Under the pieces are notes generated by a model. It had not been told where the DNA came from. It searched no databases and saw only the letters and a program-made list of their open reading frames with translations. DNA of 64,000 bases from Macrostomum hystrix (taxonomy: Eukaryota > Animalia > Platyhelminthes), in the NCBI GenBank assembly GCA_950097015.1, contig CATNEN010000008.1:496001-560000 (forward strand), read 5' to 3'. Shown here in pieces: positions 1-12,600 of this stretch; the stretch's first letter is position 1, and each line of letters starts with the position of its first letter. A program made the position numbers and the translations under genes.

Positions 1-201
1 GGGCCCAGTGCATATTGAGAGTGTACAGTGCCTGACGATGAGAAAGTCAGGACAGACGTACACACCGTTTTGAGTATGATTGTGTACAGTATCGGTGTGT
101 GTGTGCTCCTGAGTCAGCGGAATGGGCAGAATTGCCTCCTCGCTGGCTGCGGGTCTAGTGTCACCTAATGATGTGCCATTGCCCGCAGCCCTTCTGCAAA
201 T
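1..201 (+). mobile_element. SINE family 1, 3' part (5' end cut by window edge)
   Basis: Matches other copies: CCTGACGATGAGAAAGTCAG ... GAGTCAGCG(G/A)AATGGGCAGAATTGCCTCCTCGCTGGCTGCGGGTCTAGTGTCACC ... GCCCGCAGCCCTTCTGCAAAT. Confidence 0.85.
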
Positions 202-2072
202 ATGCAAGAAGGTGAATATTTAACCATATCTTTTTTTTCTTTAAATCGAAGACAGGAATACCAAAGCTGCCAAGTGACATAAAATATCATTTAACAGAAA
301 CTGAAAGATATTTAAAAGAAATCGAGGTTGAAGCGTTAAGGATTAGTTGTTGACGTTGTCCTAGTTGCAAATGAAACAGCAAGGATAATTGAAACGCTAA
401 ATTATTAATTAATTTACCTTCATTATTTCGTCTGCTACAAACTCCAGCTGGTACAGAAGAGCAACAGTAAAATAAGAAAAATGAGCAGAAGAAAAAGCTT
501 GAGTAGATCCAGGTAGAAATAGCTGTGAGCACAGCTCCAAAGCTGAGCATGCCGCCAGAGGGATTGGTAGCAGAAAGAAACGAGTTTCAATGCGACAAGA
601 GAGTTAAGAGGGCCTGGCGGCGGTTTGCAATGAGCATCATGGCTGCTCATTGGCTGACGCTTGGCGCGTGTTAATTTTGCTGCCAGAGGTCAGAGCGCAT
701 TGCATGCCCCACTGTCTTTCCTCCACACCTACCGCCCTCCTCTCGTTTATAGTTTTCTCTCCCTGTCGCGGTCCAGTGTGAGTACATTTCTGTACAGGTC
801 AGCGCGGGCCTGTGTTTACCTAAAAAGGCCGGCAAAGTAGCCCTGCTTGTTTAAAAGAGAACTGTACATTACCTCTGCACCCGCACTGCACCTGGGTTGG
901 TTAGCTAGCTTCAAGTGATACTTAGTCATCCGAGGTTGTGGTGATGTACACTTTACGAACGGCACGTTAAGAAAACAATTGAGAATGCCCCTTTGCTAGT
1001 CGCCATGCGTTTTAAAGCCTCTAAATGTGTAGCTAAGAAAAGATTAGGTCGCGTCAATAGCCATAAAAAGCTATGAAATACATTTCTATTTTAAGTGTAT
1101 CTATTCTTATAGTGTAATTTAAATTCTACAATACGAGTAGCAGCAGCAGAATTGTCATTTATAATGATTTTTCTCGTTCTAGCCGTAGTAACCGTAGTAT
1201 AATAACAATGAATACGCTAACCCAAACAGCCAGTAGAATTATGGGTGGGCGATTATTGACCAAATTTAGGCTTGTTTAGGCAGATAGACAATCGATTTAG
1301 CAGATAGAGCGGAAAATTGCGCATAAAAATCTATAGATAAATTAGTAGATAAATCTAAACTTGGTGGTGGCATAATCTACGAGTATGTACTAACAGTATT
1401 TAATTTAAACCAGCAATAGATACAGAAATTGTTCTGAATGTTAATGAATAGTAAATTTACTTATCCGTCCTGGTTAATTTGTGGGGTTCTTTAAAAGATC
1501 CTATTCCACAGAATGTCCACAGAAGCAATCAGACGAAAAGTGACAATAAATTTCAAACAATTGACGAGTTCTCACTCTGAGTGTGAGGCGATCATTACAT
1601 AATCCTGCAGCGAATAGCGCCTGGATACACGGCTGAATGGACGCACCGTAGTTTCACACAGAATGTTGTTGTCTTGCCAATATTCCAGCCGAATTAACTC
1701 AACCCTAAACTCCTGCAACGAGTATGAAATTAGATTCTGTCTGGAGTGCAAATTTCCGTGCAAACATTTCCCGATGCTGGGCACTTCCTGTCCAACTAAG
1801 ATATTGCGTCAATTAAAATAGAATCCTTTGTCATGCAGCCTGTTGTGATCCCATTTCGCTTCTGATTGCCATTGCCTGGCTTGAATCTCCTTTTGTGCTG
1901 CATCTTTTTATCCTCAAATAGACTTTCTGATAATGACGCAACAGTTTCTCGAATCTGAAAGTGGACAGTAAAGGAACGAAAAATATTTCTAAATGCAAAA
2001 TTATATAAACAGCAACTAGTCTTATTGTTTCAGACGTCGTTCAAATTGAACATTAATTTGCTACTTACCTGT

Positions 2073-2706
2073 GGTGGCGGTTCTGTGGGTCTGTGGGTCC
2101 GAGGGAAAGGAAGGTGGCGATTCTGTGGGTCCAGGGGAAAGGAAGGTGGCGATTCAGTGGGTCCGAGGGAAAGGAAGGTGGCGATTCTGTGGGTCCAGGG
2201 GAAAGGAAGGTAGCGATTCTGTGGGTCCAGGGGAAAGGAAGGTGGCGATTCTGTGGGTCAGAGGGAAGAAAGGTGGCGATTCAGTTGGTCCAGGGGAAAG
2301 GAAGGTGGCGATTCAGTGGGTCCGAGGGAAAGGAAGGTGGCGATTCTGTGGGTCCAGGGGAAGGGAAGGTGGCGATTCTGTGGGTTTAGGGGAAAGGAAG
2401 GTGGCGATTCTGTGGGTCAGAGGGAAGGAAGGTGGCGATTCTGTGGGTCCAGGGGAAGGGAAGGTGGCGATTCTGTGGGTCCAGGGGAAGGGAAGGTGGC
2501 GATTCTGTGGGTTTAGGGGAAAGGAAGGTGGCGATTCAGTGGGTCCAGGCGAAGGGAAGGTGGCGATTCTGTGGGTCCAGGGGAAAGGAAGGTGGGGATT
2601 CTGTGGGTCCAGGGGAAAGGAAGGTGGCGATTCTGTGGGTCCAGGGGAAAGGAAGGTGGCGAATCAGTGGGTCCGAGGGAAGGGAAGGTGGCGGTTTTGT
2701 GGATCT
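2073..2706. repeat. Minisatellite, ~32-bp unit GGGAAAGGAAGGTGGCGATTCTGTGGGTCCAG, about 20 copies
   Basis: Tandem unit read directly; accounts for the overlapping repetitive ORFs at 2025-2751. Confidence 0.95.
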
Positions 2707-3228
2707 GTGAGAAGGAACATGGCGTTTATGTGGGAAGGTGAAGATTCTTAACAAGGCATGATTCTCAGGGCAGTCGCATAGTTGACATTTTAACTACTCT
2801 CGGGGTGTCACAGAGTGAAATTGCGTCATCCAAAATCAAAATCACTCAGATCAATATGCATAGTGTTTTTTCGTCATTTCCTAACAAACTTCCGAAATTT
2901 CGGGCACGTTCTTGTTGATGGCAGGTTGGACTAATTGCCAGAAATCCAAAAGTCAAAGAAAAGCAATGCTCATTATAAAAGAATACTGTGATGCTGTAAT
3001 TTATACTAGCAGTAGTAGTGATCAATTTTAAACCATTTAAAGAAGATTAAGACCATTCGAACAACGATGATTGGTTATAAATAAGGGAAAGACAGCCCAC
3101 ATAATTTCTCTCTGATGTTTGAGAACGGTAGCCCTGTGCTTAAAAATCTAACAGCAGCTGAAATTCTGAGGTCTGAACGTTCGGTAATTTATTTATCTCA
3201 AAGTCGACTTCAATCGGGTCCCGAATCG

Positions 3229-4034
3229 ATGCAGTCCGCGGTCCTCCTGGCGGTGCTGAGCCTCCTTGCCTGTCCGCACAGCCTGCAGTCCTGCCAGCCG
3301 CCCTTCCAGTCCGTGTCCGGCTTCTGCCTGCTCGTGAACACCACAGCCGCAGCGAGATGGTGCCAGGCAGCCCGACTGTGCCAGGAGGCTCGCGGCGAGC
3401 TGGTGATGGAGCTGGCCGCCATTCGGGCTGCTGCGTCTAATTCGACAAGCTCCGGGGACCTTTGGGTCGGTGTCACCGACATGCTGGAGGAGCAGGGGAG
3501 CAGCAGGTAGAAATGATTTTGGCTACTTTTGGATTTTTTGTGTTGCAAAATCTGCTGCGGTAGATCGCAGCAGAATTAAACGAATGTGTACTACCACTTT
3601 GCAGAGCCGGCTGGCGCACCGCCAACGGAAGCGTGTTCAACACTCAAAGCTCCAACTGGTCCAGTAACTGTCCAAACAATGGGGACAACTCGGATGACTT
3701 TCTGGCATTGTCAGGTGGAAATCTATGCGACTTTTTCGCGAGTCGAGAGAAAGGCTTCGTCTGCCAGCCCGTGGCGACGCCGAACAGCGGCACCTTCCGT
3801 CGAGCCAGCTTCCTGCAGCTGGGCGACATCACGCCCTTCTACTGCTACACGGAGCTGCAGTCGGTGCAGCGAAGGCTGCTCTGCGTTCGCCTGTGCGCTG
3901 CCCGCTGGGAGTGCCGGGCGGTTCTGTTCAACCGGGCCGAGGCTCGCTGCCGCATGCTGGACTTCGCCGATGCCAGCGTCGGCGACGCCATCGAGAAGAG
4001 CGGCGCCTGGGAGAAGTTCCTCAAGGTCTACTGA
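3229..4034 (+). CDS. Secreted C-type lectin domain + PAN/apple domain protein, ~235 aa, two exons join(3229..3506,3605..4034)
   Basis: Signal peptide MQSAVLLAVLSLLAC; CTLD motifs C-PPF-SVSGFC, W-QA-RLC, LWVGVTD, GW-T-NG, FVC; C-terminal PAN-like C-RLC-ARWECRAVLFN-AEARCRML. GT-AG intron 3507-3604 is phase 2 and joins the two track ORFs in frame. Confidence 0.8.
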
Positions 4035-5214
4035 GCTGCACCTTTTGACAACAGCTGTCACCCCGTTAATTTCCTGATGTTAAAAACTTCTTCTGAAAAA
4101 ATACGATGCTGCCGTTTCACTTTTTAGATTGCCCACACCTCAGAATAAAAGCATTGCTTTAAGGGCTATTAGAGCTCTGGCGGTATTAAGGAAAAGACAA
4201 ACGTTGAGGTCCTGTTCACCTGCACTGTGTGAGCCTTTGTCTGAACGCCTAGATTGACAAAGCAACAAAGCAGTATCGAAAGTCAATATTAATTTGTTCC
4301 TTAATTTATTCTTTCCGATACAATGGCTCTTCGATAGCTTATACACTCGTACAAGCTGACTAGTCAAGCAATGCGAAAGTATACTTTTAGGGCAGCAATG
4401 CATATCGTACAACCAACATCTCGTACAGTTGACGCTGGAAAACGAAGCGAAACAATAATCTGTACTCATTCACAAGACACTGTGACACCGGAAATTGTGC
4501 AATGAAATTCTTCCATTGTATAAAGCAGTAAGGAGCTTAGATTTCTCTCTTAAAGAGAGATTCCAAGCAACAATCGGCACTTCCGTGACCTCACACTTCC
4601 TGCAAAGCAAATTTAACTTCTCAGAAAGTCTGCTGATCAGAGTTGTCCATGCAATCAATGGATTCTGTCTCTCTACTGCATCAATGCATCTTCGTATTGA
4701 CTTCCTGACGAGGAAGCAACTACATCTCTGAGCTGAAAGCAGATGATCAGGAAATGTCCCTGAAGACGGAAACGCGAATTTGCTGTTCGATGGCGAAGTT
4801 TGTGACTTGCAGTCTGGGCTAAAACTCCCAGTGTGCCTCAAATATTGATTCGGTTTTACAAATAAGACTTACAAATAAGACAAATAGCCCACCTAGTGAT
4901 GTAATTAGCTTTTGTTAGCAGAAAAATTATACCTATATCGGTGGCTTAGACACCAGAGCGCAGACGATAATCGATGATTATATTGACGATGATGATGTTT
5001 TATGATTTCTGGAAGTTGTTACAGCGGATAGAGCGAAAACTTTGCCGGTGTTCCGGATTTTGTGGCGATTCGTTGCATATTTTGGAAGATGCAGAAAACT
5101 GGTGGGTATTTGAAATACCCCGTGCTGGTCTTTCTGTTGTGAGCTGCACAGTGAATAGTTTTTTTGTGCCCTTACCCCATCCCGTCTCTAGTGCGCCGTG
5201 CCCTTCGTTTTAGT

Positions 5215-5530
5215 CTGCCGCCCCAATCCGGTTCTTCGACCGGCATGTGCCGGCTAGAGTCTGAACCCTCTGATTGACTGAGGCCCCCCCTCGCGTACCG
5301 TCGCCCTGCCGCGGCTCTGCTTAGGCCTGCCCCACTCAGCCCTGCATGGCTTTAGCCCTAGCCCCACCCAATCAGGCAGCAGACACCAACCGGTTCGGGT
5401 GGGTGGCTCGGGATCTGATTGGCCAGTTCTGTCCCCCCGTTTTCTCTCTGCCCCGTCGTTGGCGTCACCCTAACCTGGCACCCTCTCCCCAATCTATTAT
5501 TTTAAGCTTACACTTCGCATCTTTCAGCCC
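5215..5530. promoter_or_regulatory. GC-rich promoter-like segment with several CCAAT/ATTGG boxes and GC boxes
   Basis: CCCAATC, CCAATCAG, CTGATTGG, CTGATTGA and GCCGCCCC/GCCCCACCC motifs clustered in a GC island within AT-rich flanks; associated gene not identified. Confidence 0.35.
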
Positions 5531-6381
5531 CGCGCCTGGCGTGCTCTGGGCTTGAGAACTATCAGCAGAACAAAAATCAATTTTCTTCCAAGAATCACTA
5601 GAAGAAGAAGGACGGGGCACTTCGTTTCATTGAAAAATTACTAAAGCCAGATTTTCACGGAAAATGCACTGGCGAGATAGGGACTTTTCAAGTTTTTTCA
5701 CATAAAATGCTGAAAACTTTCTATTGGAAGCAGATACAAAGCTGTTCTTTTAAGATATCTTTTAAAACATATTGCTTCACCAAATTTTAGAAAGCTTCTG
5801 TCATAAATAATTGATCATCATTTTTTCGTTTATTTATCATGAACGCTATAGTATTCAATCAGGCTTTTAATAAATTTCCAATAAAATGTTCCGTCCTTCT
5901 TCTAGTGGTCATTGGTTCTATCCTTGTAAGTTGGACTTTCACTATTTTTGCAATGAAAATCGATGATTAAACAAAAGTTTCAAATAACAGAGAAAGCCAT
6001 TGTATTTCATTTTCAAACAGAGCTGTTGCACCATTTTCAACTGGTTCCAATAGTTGATTCAAAGCCAATTGGACCTAAGTGTTTATGTATTAACTATGTT
6101 ACTTACAGATATTGACAGAAATTAGAACCTACGTAATGTAATACAACTAGTGAGATGGTTAAAAGCAGACAAACAAACTAAAATTGTGCTGAAACATTAA
6201 AAAGAGTTATATGATTGCAATACAAGGTCAATAGAGGTAACATGCAGTTAAAAGTTTGTCTGTTTTTTTTCGTCTGTCATTTTGGTCGTTGATATCCGGC
6301 CTTGAATACTCATGCCTAGGAGCTGCCTAAAATATTGAGAAAGCTCAGAAATAGAGTTGTGTTCGCATAGGTCTAGCAATT

Positions 6382-6636
6382 CTATATTATATTTATATTT
6401 GCAGAAGGGCTGAGCGCAATGGCACATCATTTGGTGACACTAGACCTGCAGCAAGTGAGTAGGCAATTCTGCCCATTTCGCTGACTCCTGAGCACACACG
6501 CACGCAGATACCGTACGCAGGCACACGCTCACACAGGTGTGTACATCTGCCCTGAGTTTCACATCGTCAAGCAGTGTACATTCTCACTGTGCCCTGGGCT
6601 CTCATTACAAGAATGTGGCCTCGCCGCGGAATCGAG
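6382..6636 (-). mobile_element. SINE family 1 copy, 5'-truncated at the B box, internally deleted
   Basis: Reverse strand reads TCGATTCCGCGGCGAGGCCACA ... GTCAGCGAAATGGGCAGAATTGCC ... CTGCAAAT plus an AT-rich tail; lies just past the laminin exon 21 donor. Confidence 0.85.
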
Positions 6637-6664
6637 TTTTTGTTTATTAAGTTGATTAACTCAC

Positions 6665-9600
6665 CACATCGCTTCTCAAGCTGGTTGGACATGTACTTTA
6701 AGGAGCCAGGCGTGCTGTGATCTCCCGTCAGCTTGGCCATCAGCTTCGCCAGTCGCTCTAGCGACAACGTGAGCGAGTTCTCTAAACTGTCGATTTTCAC
6801 GTTGACGGCTGAAATAAGAATAGTTACACTTGTAACACCTGTCTAAGTGACACAATAGTTAAATAATCATTATAGGAGGGCAGCTGGCACTCCGACATAA
6901 TCTGATGATTCCTGACCAAAAACACGCACAGATAAGGTACACACACAGGCACACACAAACGTGTATAAAATAATGAGCTTATTGGCGATTATTTCTACTG
7001 TTCTAAGTAGTGACAAATGAAATAACGAAAAGCCTATTCCTGAGACGTACAATGCAGCTGCGAGGGACCGCCACCGAGTAGCTGGTTCAGCGCCACTATC
7101 CGCCTTCGCAGGTCGGCTATTCGAGCCTCTCGTGCAGCTGCTTCGCCCTCATGCACCCGGATACCGGCGTTGGCCGCCTCCACCTTGACCGCGTCCGCCG
7201 CCTACGGTCAGCGAGCATTAATGAAGCCAAATATGAATATGAGTAATGATGCAACAGCTGGACTAGCTTGAATTACTACAGCAATTTTATCTATGGGAGA
7301 ATTGTTTCCAAGAAAAATAAAAAAAGTACCCTAGGATCATCAGGAAAGTCTTCCTGCTCCAAAGATACGACAGGGGGTTGTTGTTAAATAACTATGCTCA
7401 TTGACCAAAAGCTGGGATTATGGACACGCCACACCTACCTTTAACTACCCCAGCTGATGCTGGTACCCATTGAACAGCTGGGTGAAGTGAAGCAATGAAG
7501 TAGGGAAACGAACCTCTGACCTTAAATTCATGAGTCCTACGCTCTAAAAGTGGTTCCAGCTTTCTAAAATGAAAGTGTCCCAAAATATAGCTAAAATCCT
7601 AAAATAAAAAATAATTGCAGCTCACAGCCAGTGCATTGTTAAGAATCCTCGAAGTCTCCTGTTGTTCCTTCTCCAGCAGGTCGATCTTATAATTCAGTTT
7701 GGTGCGCTGGGCTGAAACTGTGTTTAGAATGCCGTCCTGTCGAGCCTTCTTCTCGCTAGCCCTCTGCGTGAGGTTCTCGTAGGTGCGGATTGCGGAGGAT
7801 AGCTGCACGGGTTTGCGGGTGGAGAGACGACATGGCTATTTATTCAAAATAGTTTTGCATGGGTTGTTCGCTCCCGCAACAGGTGACCCGCAGCCACTGA
7901 GGAGGCGATACTCACAGGGGTACGTTTCACAGTCCCGCACTATCGCTTTTTCGTCCTGCAGCGTACAGTATATTGCTACACCTGGCAGGTTTGCCGTCAA
8001 GTGGCATAAATTACAAGCTCGGTCATTCGGTTTGGGAGCTATCGGGAAGTAGGCAGTGGGTGGGCATTTGAAATAGCCCGTGGTCTTTCCCCATGCGGAA
8101 TCGAGTTCAGGGACCGTTGTGCAATCGTTCGAAGCAGGTGAAATAATACCGTGACGCTATACTGCATATACGAGCGTAATAACAGCACCTTCGTATCCGT
8201 GACATCTTGAATCTCGTTGAGCAACTGCTCAACCCTGGCTAGCAGGCCTTTGCCGTCGCTATTAGCCTTTTGCGCAATCTGCAGGCGAGCCTCAAGCGCT
8301 TCGGACTCCGCTTTGACGCGGCTGGCCTCGGAGGCGGCGGCCTCCGCCTGCAGCAGAAGCTGCGCCACCTCGGCTCGCTGCGCTGCCGCTTCGCTGTTGG
8401 CGCTGGCCAGCCCGCCGCTGGAGTTCAGCCGATTTGCCAGATTGCGAATCTCTGCGGCCAAGCTCAGGAGACTGTCCGTCGACACTTGACAAAAATATGA
8501 TCAGACAGGTGAGAGATGAGACAGTTGAGAAATAAGACTGGGGAGAGATTAGACTGGCGAGAGATGAGGCTGGGGAGAGATGAGACTGGGGAGAGATGAG
8601 ACAGGGGAGAGATGAGACCGGGGAGAGATGAGACAGGTAAGAGATGAGAAATTTGGAGAGATTAGACGTGGGGATAGATTAACCAAAGATGGCTCAAGAA
8701 CAAGTAGGCCGTACCTGGCATCCCTGTCAAGTTGACCCAGTTGACCAGCGACTCAATGTCCTGCTTAGTTGTGTGATTGGCCACGAGAAAGTCCCTGATA
8801 TTCGCCTCCAAATCGACGGCTCGGCTTTTCAAAGCGTCATAGTCAGCCCTGAGCTGGTTCACCAAGTTCTCGGTTGACAGGGCGCTTATCTTCAGCGGGT
8901 TCGCTCGGCTGCGGATGGTCACCAATCTCTCGGTTTCCTGTGCGTGGGACATTGCAAAAATGAATATAGACAGACGAGAAGGTGGGGGAGCTCCAGATCA
9001 CTTGACAGTCAGCACGGCTCACGTTTGTCAAAGACGCTTTGGCCTCGCGCAGCTTGCGTTCCAGACTGTCCAGATTGGCGCCAAGCGCGTGCATCTGGGC
9101 GGCGACGGAGTCCAGACAGGCAGAGGCCTCTCCGCACCGACTGGCACCGGCGCCGCAGAAGCCTGGAGGTCCGCCGCACACCGAGGAGCAATAGTTGCCG
9201 TTGCGGCTGTAGAATGTCTTGTCGATATCGTTGCCAACGCACATCTGAGAAAGTGAATGAAGAAGTTATTTTTATGAAGCCGAACGCATAGAGACGAGTA
9301 CAGTTGAATGCAAACAAATTTTGGTAATGGCAAATCCTTTTGGTGACACTTGCGAGGGGCAATTTCGCCCACTTCGCTGACTCCTGAGCACACACTCACA
9401 AATACTGTACGTAGGCATCCGCTCACACAGTTGTGTTCTCTGCCCTGACTTTCTCATCGTCAGGCAGTTTACACTTTACTGTGACTTGGAGGTTGGAGGC
9501 GTAAATTGCACGACAAGCCCGCAAGCCTTCTCTCGGCGGCTGCGCCCCGAATGAGTGTGGCCTCGCCGCCGAATCGAGCTCAGGGACCTTATTGCAAGAA

Positions 9601-12600
9601 GCAAACGCGTTTCACCGCACTGCCACTCAATCACCTTTGGCCTTCCATTTCTAAAGAAATGAAACTACGAACCTGCTTGTTGAGAAGCGGAAGCTTGGCC
9701 TCCACAGCAGCCAACTTCCTTGTAGCCTCTCTGCTGCCGTTCTTGGCCAAAGTCTCTAACTCGTTGGCCAACTTGGCAACTGAATTGAGATTGTCCTGAC
9801 CAGCATTAGCAATCATTTCCACGGTTCTCAAATCGTTATCGATCTGTCTGAGCCGATTCTCCTGTGAAGCAAAGTGCTCTTGGTACCGCCTGATCTGGGC
9901 GAGAGACTGCGATGGGGGCGTCAGGTCGGCATGCGAAAGGTTGCGGCGCAGGTCGTCCAAGATTAGCTTCAGAGTGCGATACTGGTTCCAGAGCGTGTCC
10001 ACAGTAATGCGCATCGCTGGCAGATCTTTGTTTTGAATGTCTCTTAGACTCATGCGCAGATTGTACCTTGACTCATCTAGCCTTGGCTTTGCAGCTGCGA
10101 ATCTGTCCCTAGAAGCATGGATTTGAATTTGATTCGCTGAGCTTAAATTAGAGTTTGACAGGTGACATAAAATAACAAAAGTGGTTAGAAGGTTAGAAGG
10201 TATGGGCAAGAGTTACAAAGCCAGAAAACAGAACCATACTCACTCCAGCTGTTTCAGTTGGCTTCTCAACGTGCTAACTTGATTCTCTGGTAGCCGAGTC
10301 TCGTTCACGGCTCGCCTCATGGCATCCAGCTGACCTGTTATCCAGCGAATATCGTCCGAGTAGTTGCCAGTCAAGCCTCCAGTTTGCGCTGCTGCTCTCG
10401 AGCGGTTCGTCAACAGGTCGGTTCTAAGGGTCAGCTGCTGCACCGCCTTGTCCCAGTTGTACCAACACTCGCCGCAGGTTGTGCAGTTCGGCAGCGATCC
10501 AGTTGTACCCCGCTCGCATTGGTCGCATCGGCGTCCCGTGATGGCAGACTTGCACACGCAGTTACCTGGAGTGCAGTAGTACTGAATAGAGTTACCGAAT
10601 GCTGTTCAATCAACTGCGAGGCGGTGACAGGAGAAATCTCGACGGAATGCATAGCCAGGAAAGCTCTCGGTCAGAAGGCAACTAACTCACCTGTAACCTT
10701 GTCGCACCTTGGTGTCATACTGCCCTGCGGATTGCAGTCACACGGCTGGCAGCCCTCTGGACCAACCTTGGCTGGATTGCCATAGTGCAAGTCGAGACAC
10801 TGGTCGCAACGGCGCCCGCCGCGGCCTAGCCTGCACGAGCAGACGCCCGTCTCCGAGTCGCAAAGCGGGTTGGCAGAGCCCAGCTGATCGCAGGCGCAGG
10901 CGGAGCAGCCGCTGCCGCTAGTGAGGTTGTAGTGCAATGCGCGACAGGCAGTGCAGCTTCTGCCCTCAACATTAGACATGCAGTCGCATTCGCCTGCGAA
11001 ATTCGGAAGGTAAACCACCCCACATGTACAAATCTGTGATGAAAGCTGGTCAAAACTGTTAAATATAAAAATGGGGGACCATGACACATTACAGAAATTA
11101 TGCAATTCAGCAAGTAGAACCCGACAAAAATGTCGACCTCACAGACACTTTTAATCAAAGTGGACAATAGTTTATTGCAGACTTACCGGTGCGACTGTTG
11201 CAGCTGTACAGAATAACTTCGCCGAAGTGGTTGATCGGTGTCTGCAGCAAGGATGACCTGCTGGTTCCCTTAGGGTTGCAGCGACACGGGGTGCAAGTGC
11301 CTTTCGTAGCGTCGCCATAAAAGCCGGGACGGCAGACTTCGCAACTGACGCCAGCGGTGTTGTTGAGACATTTTGTACAGGCGCCGGTGAGCGGGTTGCA
11401 GGATTCTGGCACAGTTGGGTCGATGTTACCATTGCAGCTGCATGGGTTGCAGGCCCCAGTTGTAGGATGGCCGTAATAGTTGACGGCACACTTGTCGCAC
11501 CGATCGCCCTTGTATCCTGACTCGCAGTCGCACTTCACTTTCAGAGAGCCATTGCCCGGCTGCAGACTGCATGTGGCTGCGTGCTGAACTGGGCCACCGG
11601 GACAGGGGCATCGACTGCGGAAGCACAGAGGAATAAAGATCTCTATTTTTATCTACGTTAGCTGATCTAGTGCTTCGATTGACGATCGTAGATGCGTTTA
11701 AGAACTACGCGATTTAAAGTGGACAATGTCCTCATATCACTCGAGAGCCAAAGTATGAGCTACGATAAAAGGCAGATTCTTCACTCATTTTTTAATGCAT
11801 TTTAAGTTTCCATCGTGCAGCAGCTGCAATAAAAATGCTTACAGACAAGGTATCCGCTGTTTCGGATCGCCATAAAACCTAGTCCGACAATCCTGACATC
11901 TCGCGCCGCCGGTGTTATTCCGGCAATCAATGCAGACACCTGTATCTTTGTTGCAATCGTCGGCCATGTTGTTACATTCGCAGGGCAGGCAAATTGGAAA
12001 CTTCCAGTAGTTAACGTTGCACCGATCGCATTGGAGACCGCCAATGTGCGTCATGCACTGGCACTGGCCATTGTCGTTGCACTGCTGAGAGATGGAACCG
12101 TCGCGACTGCAGTTGCAGAAGCGGCAGCCCTGGGGGCCGTAGCGGCCGAAGCCAAAGTAATTCCTGGCGCAAGCGTCGCATCGTCGACCTGCGAGTGACG
12201 AAAAAATAGCTCTGAATAGTTAAACTGACAGCTTTTTCATGATCGCTTTCCTGTCATAATTCGAAGGTACAATATACCGGGAACGACTGTCCTGAATAGT
12301 CCACTTAAAATACAAGTAAATAAGCGATGACAAATTAACGCTACATTAACAGTGATAACTTTTTGGGTGCTGACTGTCGGTACAATGCACACACAGTTCT
12401 ACTTGCAATTTGTGCAGGGGAATCAAAACAATTCATCCAGACAACGACAGTCTTTGGGAAACCTTTCTCGCTACGCTCTCAAGCTTCTTGCGATTCTTAC
12501 CAACAATGTTGGGGTAGCAGTAGCATTTTCCGCCGACTTTTCCGCACACTTCGCTCCTGGAGCCTTGCATGTTGCACTGACAGGCCTCCGCCTCCACAAG

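Noticed and set aside
7900-7995. Extra laminin exon between 8189 and 7802
   Set aside because: The candidate needs weak sites or contains a stop; direct phase-0 splicing of the neighbours keeps the frame; the segment also holds a SINE fragment (7883-7908).
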